Notes: generated by a model from the sequence alone, not told the origin. 63,673 nucleotides of DNA from Desulfobacterota bacterium AH_259_B03_O07 (GCA_027717645.1 JALLOG010000003.1:1-63673), one strand, 5' to 3'. Positions 47,868 through 57,858 are shown, counted from the stretch's first letter. Numbers and translations are program-made.

Positions 47868-50619
47868 ATTCCACGCTCTCAGGTGTAATTATGCGAATAC
47901 AAGGCTTCCCCTCACTATCCAAATATCCAATTTTATAAGTGTCATTATTTATCTTTATGATTTTAGGAAGACCCATCCCCCAATTTCCTTTAGTAGAAAA
48001 ATTTTCCTTTATACTTTCCATGTCCCAATGTCCGAATTGTTCATTATCTAATAATTTAGGGGGGTTAGAGGCGTTTTTTGGGACATGTCCCAATTCTGTC
48101 CCAATGTCTGAATCTTCCTCTATTGGAACATTCGGACATTTTTCGGACATGTCCCAATAATCAGAGCTAACTCCATGAAATGATTCACTTTTTTGTGATT
48201 GGGACATTCGGACATCAAACATAGATAGAAGTTTTTTTGGCGTAGGCAATTTAAGCATTTCTTGCGGTATGTTGATAAGTTCATATCTGCTATTTTTTCC
48301 CTCTTTCCCATTATGTTCTAAGTAGCCCGTCTCTTTCAAGCTGACGATTTCGTCTTTTAACGTACGTGGATTTATATCTTTAAGTTCGTCTAATTCCCTT
48401 ACGTCCCTCTGTGCAAATTCACTGTCGGAAAAATGTTTCTTTATAGCTTCCAGGATTCTCTGCTGTTTCGGCGTTATTTCCTTAAGGGTCTGGGATAATA
48501 CCACCTGTGATAGCTCATAAGCCGTCTTATAGTCGTCAATAGTTGCTAGAAGGTACGTCTTACCGTTTATTTCTTTCTTATCCCTTTGGTTTTGATATAG
48601 AAGGCAATAAGCTTTAATAAGGGTTTGGAACCTGGGGTAATCCCTACGGGTTCTAGGCTTGCCTGCAGGGAAAACATCAGCAAGTACACCCCCATATGGA
48701 ATGTAAACATCATAGGGCTGTAAGAGTAATTGTAAGGCTTGGTATGGTCTGTTCTCTTTTTCGATTAATTCCTTATCATACAATGCAGATTGCGTCTTAA
48801 ATATTTTTCTAGTTTGTTCCTCTGAGGTATCAAGATAAAGGTCAAAGAACCTTGTTTGATTTTCAGGGTTTATTCGAGATTTAGTCGTGGTTTCAACGTA
48901 GCTTAAACCTTTTGCCGGGACAACAATTTCTTTAGCTTCTAATGAGTCTGTTTTTGGATTTTTAGCTGTAACCAATAGCCTAAGTTCACCCTCTGAAATT
49001 GATGAACGGATAGAATAGTCAGCTTTTTCTGATCCATGAGATTCAAAAATAATTAAAATCTTATGTGATAGGTCTAAATCTTTGAGATAATAAAGGGACT
49101 GAGGCGTTATTCTTGTAAATTCCTTATATTCACTTCTTGGAAAAACATTTAAGACTGCTTTTACGAGGACATTTTTACCACTAGCGGACTCCGCTTTAAC
49201 GATATTCGAGCTTGCTTCATCAAACTTTCTTGACGTAAAAGACAATACCAGTATTTTCTTATTTATTTCTTCCCCCGTATGTCTATTTTTACTGATTTGC
49301 TTTATGATTTTATCAAGTAAGTCAGGATCGTTTAGCAACTCCTTTGCTTTTTCTATTTCATCCTCTGAGTATTCACTTAGAGGGTCTAAGGGTTCACTTT
49401 CATCTGTTCGCTTCTGACCTTCTTGGCTGAGTGTTTTTAAGTCATTCTTTAATGCTCTTTTACTGATATTATATTTCTCTGAGAGTTTGTTAATCCAGGT
49501 TTCTTTTTCGCTCTCCATATCTAAATTTGATATTTCTTTAAGAGCTTGTATGCAGTCTTCTTTTTCAATAACTACATCCAGGTAATACTTAGATGATTCA
49601 ATTGACCTTTCAGCAAGCTTCTTGAATTCGTCAAATCCCAATTCTGCTAAAAGTTCATCCGGGTCTTTGTCGTTACCCAAGTTGACAACGTAACCTTTAA
49701 ACTGCCTTGACAGTTTGTATGAAGATTCTTCCCCTGCTTCATCGTTATCAAAGCAGAAATAACGTTTAGCCTTGGCGTTTGATAATTGTTGTTTAGCATA
49801 TTCCCCGGGGTTAGTACCTAATAAAGCACATGAGTTAAAACCTACTTTATTAAAGGCAATTGCATCAAATACACCTTCTGTAACAATGCAATCTTTTTTG
49901 TTTAATTTTTCAGAGAAGGCTATTTGTCTATATACAAGGTCTGAATTCCTAAGATGTAAATACTTAGGGTTATTTTCTGTTATTGTACTATCAGGGTATG
50001 CTCTCCCTGTCAGATAAACTATCCTACCACTATTCCAGACAGGCATTATTATTCTATTTCTGAAATGGTCATAGTAGCTTCCATTATTATTTTTATGGAT
50101 TAAACCGATTTCTAAGGCTATCTTGATGTCGGTATCATCTTTTAGATTAGTGGCTATAGGGTTGTTATCCTCTATATATCCTATCTTGTGCATATCAATA
50201 TCGGTTTTATCCAGTTCTTTCTTTTTAAGAAATTCCATGGCTTCAGGATTTTTTTTAATTTCTTTATAGGCATATTTAACTAGTCTTTCTATTAATTTAC
50301 AGGCTTCTAATTTCCTATTGAATTTATCTTTGTCCTTTTGAGATAAATCAGGTAATGAAACTCCATACCTTTTGGCAATAGACAGCATGGCTTCCCAGGG
50401 TGACAGGCCTTCAAAGTGAGATTCGAGGTCTATAACATCAGCTTTTTTATAGCAACTGAAGCAGAACCCATGAGTGCTATAGTTATGAAAAGATGGGTTA
50501 CGATCGTCATGGAAGGGGCAGATGGCTTTGTCGCTTCCATTGAATACTAGCCCCTTATCGTTGCAGTACCTTTCAAAGGGCACGCTTAGCTTTACTATGT
50601 TGAACAAGTCATTGACCAT
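47824..50619 (-). CDS. Primase-helicase fusion (CHC2 zinc finger, DnaG-type TOPRIM, P-loop ATPase)
   Basis: CPFHDDRNPSF...CFSC, FRNRIIMP, PKYL, TEGVFDAI, CFDNDEAG, KDPDE, ESASGKN. Confidence 0.9.
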   Translation of the reverse strand: MVNDLFNIVKLSVPFERYCNDKGLVFNGSDKAICPFHDDRNPSFHNYSTHGFCFSCYKKADVIDLESHFEGLSPWEAMLSIAKRYGVSLPDLSQKDKDKFNRKLEACKLIERLVKYAYKEIKKNPEAMEFLKKKELDKTDIDMHKIGYIEDNNPIATNLKDDTDIKIALEIGLIHKNNNGSYYDHFRNRIIMPVWNSGRIVYLTGRAYPDSTITENNPKYLHLRNSDLVYRQIAFSEKLNKKDCIVTEGVFDAIAFNKVGFNSCALLGTNPGEYAKQQLSNAKAKRYFCFDNDEAGEESSYKLSRQFKGYVVNLGNDKDPDELLAELGFDEFKKLAERSIESSKYYLDVVIEKEDCIQALKEISNLDMESEKETWINKLSEKYNISKRALKNDLKTLSQEGQKRTDESEPLDPLSEYSEDEIEKAKELLNDPDLLDKIIKQISKNRHTGEEINKKILVLSFTSRKFDEASSNIVKAESASGKNVLVKAVLNVFPRSEYKEFTRITPQSLYYLKDLDLSHKILIIFESHGSEKADYSIRSSISEGELRLLVTAKNPKTDSLEAKEIVVPAKGLSYVETTTKSRINPENQTRFFDLYLDTSEEQTRKIFKTQSALYDKELIEKENRPYQALQLLLQPYDVYIPYGGVLADVFPAGKPRTRRDYPRFQTLIKAYCLLYQNQRDKKEINGKTYLLATIDDYKTAYELSQVVLSQTLKEITPKQQRILEAIKKHFSDSEFAQRDVRELDELKDINPRTLKDEIVSLKETGYLEHNGKEGKNSRYELINIPQEMLKLPTPKKLLSMFDVRMSQSQKSESFHGVSSDYWDMSEKCPNVPIEEDSDIGTELGHVPKNASNPPKLLDNEQFGHWDMESIKENFSTKGNWGMGLPKIIKINNDTYKIGYLDSEGKPCIRIITPESVEFEAIKRLYEERQRS

Positions 50620-50806
50620 TGGTTATCAACCCCCGCTTTTTGTATTCAGTTTTCTTTTCGTTGATAAATCGAGCTATCTGTAACAGGACTAATGCAATGG
50701 GGTTCGTAACGCCCTCTATCTCAGCGATCTTTTCCAGCTCACTTGTCATGACAGGTTTAATTGTTAGTTGTAATTCTTTTTTAAGGGGTGTAAAATGGTT
50801 TTGCAT
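50609..50806 (-). CDS. Hypothetical protein
   Basis: Coupled to the primase start, RBS GAGG. Confidence 0.5.
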   Translation of the reverse strand: MQNHFTPLKKELQLTIKPVMTSELEKIAEIEGVTNPIALVLLQIARFINEKKTEYKKRGLITNGQ

Positions 50807-50865
50807 AAGTTCCTCTTGTTTTTAAATTCCTACCTTGGTTAAGTGACTGTAGCCGGGGTAGGAAT

Positions 50866-51051
50866 TTACCTTTTATCTACCGTATGATTTTCCAAAAATT
50901 CAATTAAAGAATTTTCAGGAATAAGCACTCTTTTCTGGTGCTTAAAATAAATTATCGCACCTATCCTAATCCAGTAATAGATTAACGATTTATCAATCTC
51001 AAATTTCTCGCTTACTTTGTTTACGGTAAGATATTTATTTCTTGATTTCAT
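50866..51051 (-). CDS. Excisionase-like HTH protein
   Basis: YLTVNKVSEKFEIDKSLIYYWIRIGAI...RVLIPENSLIEFL. Confidence 0.75.
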   Translation of the reverse strand: MKSRNKYLTVNKVSEKFEIDKSLIYYWIRIGAIIYFKHQKRVLIPENSLIEFLENHTVDKR

Positions 51052-51241
51052 TGCCCTTTGAGTACCCATGTCCACTTTTTTTCAGCTTGCTACAAACAAT
51101 CCTTTCAAAGTCAGTTATCTCATTTTCAATGAATGAACAGATTTTATATCCTTCTTTGCGTACTCTTGTCCCACCTGTAGATAGAACGGTGACTGTATCA
51201 ATTCCGTCAGGTGTCAAGATAATACAGATTTTAGGCTTCAT
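51035..51241 (-). CDS. Hypothetical protein
   Basis: RBS AGGAGG; first gene of the replication operon. Confidence 0.55.
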   Translation of the reverse strand: MKPKICIILTPDGIDTVTVLSTGGTRVRKEGYKICSFIENEITDFERIVCSKLKKSGHGYSKGNEIKK

Positions 51242-51333
51242 ATATTATCCTCCTAATATCTGTTCGTTTGAGAGGACGGTTTTGTCCGGATTTTTTTTAA
51301 AATCTAAAAAATTAAGGGTTACGAGAGGATTGA

Positions 51334-52368
51334 TTAGGAGGGTGGTTTTAATTTCTTTAAACGGTCTTGAACGGTACTTTTGGGTATGTCTAGCCTTTCG
51401 CCTACTTCTCTTACAGTAAGTCGGGTTTTATACCTAAGTGTTGCTATTTTCTTATTTATTGGATCTTTTATTGAATCTATCCACATTTCAAGATCAACTC
51501 GCTTCACAACTTCATGAATTTTAGCAATATTTGAAATAGACTCTATTGATTGAATGTTTTCATCAAGGTTATTGACGTTTCCCCAGTTTGGACTTTTTCT
51601 CTTGCCCCATTTTCTATATTGATCTATAAACCTTCTAGCAACATATAGGGGGATATTTTTTAATTTTCGATCTCCCTTTAAAGCACTTACTATATTCTCA
51701 AAGAGGTCATTACTTAGAGAGCTTTTAACAACATCATACACATAGGAATATATTTTTTTGTTGTAATCGTCAGGATCTCCGCCAGTATCTGGCTCGTTGC
51801 CAGTTAGGTTCTTATACTTATTTCTAGAATATTCACTTAATTCCTCGAGAGCCTTTTCAATATAGGGCTTAGATTTTGGGTCTTTTTCAAGTTCTTTGGC
51901 ATAGAATACGTATACCGCATCCATTGTCACCGGGTTTGCTTTAAGAAATGGCTGAAGTCTAATAACCGTGATTATACATATGGCTAAATAACCCAATGCT
52001 ACAGTTTGTTTTCCAGCTTGCTTACATAATTTCTCAATTTCTGAATAATCGCTCTCCTTTGCAAGTATTAACAAATTATACCAACCAGGCTTTAAATTAT
52101 TTTTGTTATTACTTTCTTCAATTGTAAAGCCTTCAAGGGGATTATCGGTAGGAACCATGGATTTTAAAACCTCGTTTGAATCGAGGAATATGCCAAGGCA
52201 TTCTTTTGGTAATTTACTAGAAATTCTCTTTATGAAGTCATCCGAATCGGCTAACCATTGTTCGGGAAGATTGGAATTTTCCCGTCTCATTGATTCAATT
52301 ATTTGTTTGTATTTTCCAGTTATAAATTTTTCGGTTTTAATTGTCTTGGTGTCCATATAGGTGTCCAT
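51334..52368 (-). CDS. Putative regulator with C-terminal sigma-70 region 4-like HTH (true start possibly 52290)
   Basis: VARRFIDQYRK...KKIATLRYKTRLTVREVGERLDIPKSTVQDRLKK. Confidence 0.6.
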   Translation of the reverse strand: MDTYMDTKTIKTEKFITGKYKQIIESMRRENSNLPEQWLADSDDFIKRISSKLPKECLGIFLDSNEVLKSMVPTDNPLEGFTIEESNNKNNLKPGWYNLLILAKESDYSEIEKLCKQAGKQTVALGYLAICIITVIRLQPFLKANPVTMDAVYVFYAKELEKDPKSKPYIEKALEELSEYSRNKYKNLTGNEPDTGGDPDDYNKKIYSYVYDVVKSSLSNDLFENIVSALKGDRKLKNIPLYVARRFIDQYRKWGKRKSPNWGNVNNLDENIQSIESISNIAKIHEVVKRVDLEMWIDSIKDPINKKIATLRYKTRLTVREVGERLDIPKSTVQDRLKKLKPPS

Positions 52369-52477
52369 AGCAAGTCAAAATAGTCTAAATATTCTAAATG
52401 CTCTAACATAAAGTATATGCATAATATCCTTTAGTTGCAATACTTTTTAAGAATTGGGGAGACTTAAGAAAAGGGCC

Positions 52478-52493
52478 TTGGATGCCTAATAAA
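52478..52493 (+). repeat. att core, right
   Basis: TTGGATGCCTAATAAA. Confidence 0.8.
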
Positions 52494-52658
52494 TGCGTTC
52501 GGTCATCAAAACAATGAACTGTTATCCGGACGAGTGATAGGTGTGAATCAAGTGCAGTTTTTCGTTGAATAATCTATTAATTCTTTAGTTTTAGCTATTG
52601 TCATTCAAGGTTCCTTTTGATTATAATAAATTGATCAATCCAATTACGAGGTGAATAA

Positions 52659-53714
52659 ATGGCTAAAGATATAAAATTCGGACTTTCTGCCCCGATGCCG
52701 GGAGCTGATTTAAATGGACTGTTGGAATTTTCCAAAAGAGTCGATGAACTTGGGTTTGATAGTGTTTGGTATCCAGACCATATTGTTTTCGTTTCTCCAA
52801 CCGAAGTCCATGAGGCATGGACAATAGCAACTGCAGCCGCGGGTATCACTAATAACATAACCCTGGGAACAGTTTCTGACCCTCATAGAATGCATCCTGC
52901 TGTATTTGCTCAACGTCTTGCGACAATCGACCATCTTTCAAAGGGAAGGGTTTCTCTGTGTATGGGAGTTGGTGAGTCCATGAATCTTGATGCTTATGGA
53001 ATAAAGTGGAATAAACCGCTTTCTAGACTGCGGGAATCAATGGAGATAATGAGAAAGCTTTGGGCAGAGGAGGGTAATATCGATTATGAGGGAGAATTTT
53101 ATTCACTTTCAAGTGCCTTTCTTCAGGTGAGGCCTTATAATAGGAAATCTATACCAATGTATATGGCGACTCATACTCCCAAGGGTCTAAAATTCACTGG
53201 TGAGATGGCCGATGGCTGGCTACCAATTGACCTTACACCTGGCTTATATTCGGAATACTTAGGTCGAATTAAAGAAAATGCACAAAATGCAAATCGATCC
53301 ATGGAGGATTTTGATGCTTGCATCTGGAGCTTTACTTCTCTTGGAAAGGACGTGGATGACGCATATAAAACTTTGGAGCCTTTTAAATATGTCCTGATCA
53401 TGCAAGACCAATTAAAGAAAGCTGGTTATGATGTTGATATTCCTGAAGAGTATCAAGGACTTAATTATTTTAATGTTGTTCCTCAGGATGAGGCTGGAAG
53501 ACAGAAGTTTAGGGAAATAGGTAAATACTTTCCTAGAGAGGCTGTGCTAGATTTTACGATAACAGGTTCAAAGAAGGATTGCATCGAAAAGATTGAAAGG
53601 TTTATAGATAGCGGTGTAAACCATTTCGTATTGTTTTATAGGTTTAGTCCTGATCCTGAAGAGTGCCTTACGACATATGCAAAGGAGATAATTCCTTATT
53701 TTAAAAATAAGTAG
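52659..53714 (+). CDS. LLM-class flavin-dependent oxidoreductase
   Basis: GFDSVWYPDH, HPAVFAQRLATIDHLSKGR, ADGWLP. Confidence 0.9.
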   Translation: MAKDIKFGLSAPMPGADLNGLLEFSKRVDELGFDSVWYPDHIVFVSPTEVHEAWTIATAAAGITNNITLGTVSDPHRMHPAVFAQRLATIDHLSKGRVSLCMGVGESMNLDAYGIKWNKPLSRLRESMEIMRKLWAEEGNIDYEGEFYSLSSAFLQVRPYNRKSIPMYMATHTPKGLKFTGEMADGWLPIDLTPGLYSEYLGRIKENAQNANRSMEDFDACIWSFTSLGKDVDDAYKTLEPFKYVLIMQDQLKKAGYDVDIPEEYQGLNYFNVVPQDEAGRQKFREIGKYFPREAVLDFTITGSKKDCIEKIERFIDSGVNHFVLFYRFSPDPEECLTTYAKEIIPYFKNK

Positions 53715-53723
53715 GTTGTGTAA

Positions 53724-54107
53724 TTGAGAAGGATTACGAAAAAAAAGGTCGTGACCGCTAATCCTGATGATTCAGTGGTTAAAGCTGCGAGGCTCATGAA
53801 TAGCAAGCGTGTGGGTAGCGTCGTGGTAGTGAGGAATAAGAAGCCTATTGGAATATTAACGGACAGAGATATAGCTCTGAGAGTAGTAGCAAAAAAAGCA
53901 GACTTAGATTCAACTCTGGTAAAAGATGTAATGACAAAAAAATTAATCACCGGAAAAGAAGGGCAGAGAGCGGCGGAATTAGCGAAGGTGATGCATCAAT
54001 ACGGTATACGAAGGATCCCAACCGTTAATAAAAAGGGAGAATTGAGTGGTATAATCACTCTTGACGACCTTCTATATATGATCGGACTAAGGTTTAGGTA
54101 TTCTTAG
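53724..54107 (+). CDS. CBS-domain protein
   Basis: VGSVVVV, GILTDRDI, IRRIPTV, GIITLDD. Confidence 0.85.
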   Translation: MRRITKKKVVTANPDDSVVKAARLMNSKRVGSVVVVRNKKPIGILTDRDIALRVVAKKADLDSTLVKDVMTKKLITGKEGQRAAELAKVMHQYGIRRIPTVNKKGELSGIITLDDLLYMIGLRFRYS

Positions 54108-54116
54108 TACTATTAT

Positions 54117-54208
54117 GTCACTACCGAAGATGTTACGTAATTCGGGGACGGAATTTGTAAATTTTAATTTATTTTACTTTGTCTTGATACAAAGTAACAA
54201 AAATCAAG
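54117..54208 (+). repeat. Dispersed MITE-like repeat, copy 1
   Basis: Matches 63507-63589; hairpin TTACTTTGT-CTTGAT-ACAAAGTAA. Confidence 0.7.
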
Positions 54209-54499
54209 GGCTGTAAAAAAATTAGGATTTATTAAATCAATTCCTACAGCTAAAAATATTTAATTCACCCCCAACCCTAGATCTTTTCTTAACGCTTTCG
54301 GAATTGATTTTGGCAATTTTTTGAATGCCCGTTTAAACGATTTTTTCTCTAAGAGATTTAGAGATGAGATGCATTGAAGGTCTAAGAAATTGTCTTCGAA
54401 TTATTTAACATCTACAGAGATGACATTAAATATTGTCATTTTCTTAATACTGAAACAAGTTCAGCACAGGCAGCAATTTTTCCAATGCCAATTAAATAA

Positions 54500-56119
54500 T
54501 TAATCGGCCTTATCCTTCCTATCGAGAAAATTATCCACAAAATGAACTTTATTAAATAATATGATGCCAAGCGGATCGGGATCGAGACCTGCTATGTAAG
54601 GTTTTATCATACTTTGTTGTATTGAAATTAAGAAGGGTGCAATGGGTACATCTGTTTCAGTGAGAATTGTCTGTGCTTGATCGTAAAGCCCTTTTCTTTT
54701 TTCCGGATCTATTTCTTGAGCCGCATTTTCTACCAGACTATCGTATTTTGGATTACACCAAAGGGTTCTGTTATTTCCACTGTTGCATTCAAATAGGTTC
54801 ATAAAATTATGTGGATCTGGGAAGTCTGCACCCCAGCCCGCTCTGTGTATCTCAGGTGGATCAGTGTTGATCGTGCTCAAATAAATCTTCCATTCCTGGT
54901 TGGCGAGTTCTACTCCAATCCCTAGATGCATTTTCCACATACTCTGTAGCGCTTCGGCTATTATTCTGTTGCTGCTAACATCAGGATATAGAAATGTAAC
55001 CTTAGGAAATCCTTTTCCATCCGGATAACCTGCTTGGGCGAGCCATGCCTTTGCTTGTTTGGGATCAAAGTGAATTCCAATGTCAGGTGCGTATCCCAAC
55101 ATTCCTTTCGGAATCCAGGATGTTGCAGGTATTCCAGCACCTTGGATAAGATTTACAGTGCTTTCCCTATCTATAGCTGCTGAAAACGCTTTTCTCACGA
55201 GTGGATTGTCAAAAGGCGGCTTTTTTACATTGAACGCTATGTAGTTACCCGTGAATTGTAACTGGGTTTTGAATTCGTCAGATTGATTTAGTCTGGGTAT
55301 CTCAAGAACTGGAATTCCCCTTCCATCAACGTAATCCAGTTCCCCACTTTCATAAAGGGCAAGGGCAGAAGTTGGGTTTTCATTCATTATCATGCTTACA
55401 TGCTCGACTTTTGGTTTTTCTCCCCAGTACTTTGAATTTTTTGTAAGTACTATTTTGTCATGATGTTTCCACGAAGACAGCGAATAAGCACCTAAAGTTG
55501 CTATATTATCTGGGTGAGTCCATCTAATGCCATGTTTTTCAACTATGTCTTTTCTCATAGGAAATGTAGACATGAATGTAACAAGGCTGGGGAAATAAGA
55601 GGCAGGATGTCGAAGCTTTACTTTAAGGGTGTGGTCGTCTATAGCTTTAACGCCGACTTTCTCGGGATCGTCTATCTTTCCTGTATTAAATTCCTCCGCG
55701 TTCTCTATATCATACAGGAAGTAGGCGTAGTCACCGCCTGTCTTAGGATTTAAAATTCGTTTCCAAGAATACTCAAAGTGTTCGGCTTTTAGTGGTTTGC
55801 CATCGGTCCAATAAACATCTTCTCTGATTTTGAAGGTATAAGTTTTACCATCCTCACTTACATGCCAACTTAGGGCAAGAGCCGGCTCGACTTTGTAATC
55901 GTCTCCAAATCTCGTTAGTCCCTCCATTATATTATTGAGAATTAAATATGAAGTGCTATCTGTTGCCAACGACCAATCCAGCGATGGCGGCTCAGAGCCT
56001 ATATTTATATTAAACGTGTCTTTTTTAGCAAGATCTTCGGAAGTAAGCTGGTTGTTATTTCCTTTGCAGCAAAGAAAGATAAATAGGAATATAAAAAGAG
56101 GAGTAATTATTTTTGTCAT
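54500..56119 (-). CDS. oppA: Oligopeptide ABC transporter substrate-binding lipoprotein
   Basis: EPPSLD, YTFKIR...WTDG, RKAFSAAIDR, GWGADFPDP. Confidence 0.88.
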   Translation of the reverse strand: MTKIITPLFIFLFIFLCCKGNNNQLTSEDLAKKDTFNINIGSEPPSLDWSLATDSTSYLILNNIMEGLTRFGDDYKVEPALALSWHVSEDGKTYTFKIREDVYWTDGKPLKAEHFEYSWKRILNPKTGGDYAYFLYDIENAEEFNTGKIDDPEKVGVKAIDDHTLKVKLRHPASYFPSLVTFMSTFPMRKDIVEKHGIRWTHPDNIATLGAYSLSSWKHHDKIVLTKNSKYWGEKPKVEHVSMIMNENPTSALALYESGELDYVDGRGIPVLEIPRLNQSDEFKTQLQFTGNYIAFNVKKPPFDNPLVRKAFSAAIDRESTVNLIQGAGIPATSWIPKGMLGYAPDIGIHFDPKQAKAWLAQAGYPDGKGFPKVTFLYPDVSSNRIIAEALQSMWKMHLGIGVELANQEWKIYLSTINTDPPEIHRAGWGADFPDPHNFMNLFECNSGNNRTLWCNPKYDSLVENAAQEIDPEKRKGLYDQAQTILTETDVPIAPFLISIQQSMIKPYIAGLDPDPLGIILFNKVHFVDNFLDRKDKAD

Positions 56120-56196
56120 GATTATACTTTTTTATTTTATAAATATATTATGTCAGAATAGCAATAAGAATGTGTGGGCAATTATGAATTTTAATA

Positions 56197-56682
56197 CTAT
56201 AGCTGTTCAGAGGGATTTAGGTCTATAAATAAATTATTTACCATGTTCTGCCTATACTCCAATCTTCTTTGTTTTGAACTACCCGTTCTTCTTTTTCTAT
56301 TTTTAGGAGGTTCAAAATATATACTCTCTCCTTCAGATAGTTCTCTAACCTCAACATGAGCATAATTTGGGAATTTATCATCAGATATTGGATCATGGAC
56401 AGGTGTAGCTATTTCTTTGTATCTAGATGTTAAAACTGTGAATGAATAACACCCATCTGTCATGCTACCATTAATTCTATATCTGATATGTCCTGGTTTT
56501 GAAAATCTACTCCAATCACATGAGAAATCAGGAAACCTAACAGTTTCTAACTTTATTTTATCAGTTTCGTCCAAATCCCTCTCATCAAATGCCCGGAATA
56601 ACTTTTCATTATCCATAAATTCCGTGGTAGGTAGTTTTTTTCTATTCTTTATTTTCAGATCATTAGGATAATTTCTATTCAT
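56197..56682 (-). CDS. Hypothetical protein, possible ART/RES-like toxin
   Basis: EKLFRAF, FSCDWSRF, VHDP...NYAHVEV pattern; last gene of a coupled triad. Confidence 0.5.
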   Translation of the reverse strand: MNRNYPNDLKIKNRKKLPTTEFMDNEKLFRAFDERDLDETDKIKLETVRFPDFSCDWSRFSKPGHIRYRINGSMTDGCYSFTVLTSRYKEIATPVHDPISDDKFPNYAHVEVRELSEGESIYFEPPKNRKRRTGSSKQRRLEYRQNMVNNLFIDLNPSEQL

Positions 56683-57235
56683 AAAAAGATTTTATAATCT
56701 GACTGTAAATTTCAGGATCTTTGGATTTTATATCAAAAGTTTTCAATATTTTATCGTTTTGATTGATTATTGCTGCAATTTCCAGGTCATTATAGACTTC
56801 CAAAGACAGGTCTTTTTCTTTATTAAAATTTCTATAGTTTAGAAATACACCTTCTTCAATGGATGCGCTTACTCTATTTGGGAACAAATGAAAGGTAGTG
56901 TAAATATAGACAGCAATCTGTTCTGCAATTTCCTTGCTCAAAAAATTTGGAGGTTTAATTCCTTCTTTTACCCATTTGTTAGGTAATTTTATAGCATGAA
57001 TCGAACTCTTTATTTGTTCTGCTGCTGGATCTGGAAAATCTTTTATTTCAATCGTGAAAGACTCATTGGATTCTTTTAGAGTTCCTTTTAAAAATGGTTC
57101 TATTCGTTCATTTATATCTGTAACTTGTTCAAGTGCTTTTCCATAAATTGCTTTATCATACTGCGCATTTGTTTTTAAAGTGTCTTGTGTATAAGTTGTA
57201 TCAAAAATGTCGTTGGCTTGGAAGGATGTTAACAT
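56675..57235 (-). CDS. Hypothetical protein (putative antitoxin of the triad)
   Basis: C-terminal LPNKW...PP...A...FP...EEGVFLNY...LSLEVYND domain. Confidence 0.5.
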   Translation of the reverse strand: MLTSFQANDIFDTTYTQDTLKTNAQYDKAIYGKALEQVTDINERIEPFLKGTLKESNESFTIEIKDFPDPAAEQIKSSIHAIKLPNKWVKEGIKPPNFLSKEIAEQIAVYIYTTFHLFPNRVSASIEEGVFLNYRNFNKEKDLSLEVYNDLEIAAIINQNDKILKTFDIKSKDPEIYSQIIKSFYE

Positions 57236-57237
57236 GT

Positions 57238-57858
57238 CTACTCCACTAGTTTATTAAAAATTTCTTTAGATTCAAGTAAATTTTTTCTGAAATCTGAAAG
57301 GAACTTTTTAATTTTTGAAGTGTTTTTAACGTCATAGTGGAAATTAAATGACAATATGTTTCGTTCTTGATCCATGTCATAAGTTAGGTTTAATATATGA
57401 TCTTCAAAAGTGATAATATGTTTAATTTGTTGGGAACTAAAATATTCGCTTTCTAAATTTTCATTGTAAAATTCTTTGTAAGTCCTCAGTTGATCAACTT
57501 TAAATAACTTAAAACTTTCATTATTATCCAACTGATATGCAATATTATGACCTATGTTAGATATAGGAGTATGTGGTAGTTTATTGAAAATCCCTGTCGA
57601 CAATTTAGTTATATTCTCATAACATTGGTCATTTTCTTGTTTTGGAAATAGCATTATCCTATCAGAACTAACATAAATAAGTATATGACTAAGTGTAAAT
57701 CTAATTTCGTACTTAGGTCCTAAAGCAACTTCAACGGGCGTTTCTGGTTCGGTGAGAAATTCCGGAAAATGAATTTTAAACCATTGAGTATTTAAAATAC
57801 CTACGTTCCAAGCACCCAAAATAACAATACTAGTATTTTGCAATAAAGTTTTAGCCAT
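57238..57858 (-). CDS. TIGR04255-like protein
   Basis: SIVILGAWNVGILNTQW, LPHTPISNIGHN, FNFHY. Confidence 0.55.
   Translation of the reverse strand: MAKTLLQNTSIVILGAWNVGILNTQWFKIHFPEFLTEPETPVEVALGPKYEIRFTLSHILIYVSSDRIMLFPKQENDQCYENITKLSTGIFNKLPHTPISNIGHNIAYQLDNNESFKLFKVDQLRTYKEFYNENLESEYFSSQQIKHIITFEDHILNLTYDMDQERNILSFNFHYDVKNTSKIKKFLSDFRKNLLESKEIFNKLVE

Larger units (their letters stand above)
40922..52493. mobile_element. Integrated phage-satellite-like element (~11.6 kb)
   Basis: Flanked by the 16-bp direct repeat TTGGATGCCTAATAAA; carries integrase, Xis-like HTH, primase-helicase and a TerS-like gene; no capsid or tail genes recognised. Confidence 0.8.

Noticed and set aside
40922-52493. 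Full prophage or conjugative element
   Set aside because: No capsid, portal, large terminase, tail, relaxase or T4SS genes recognised.
54080-54140. Possible frameshift at the CBS gene end
   Set aside because: The alternative frame is plausible but runs into a repeat; both CBS domains are complete.
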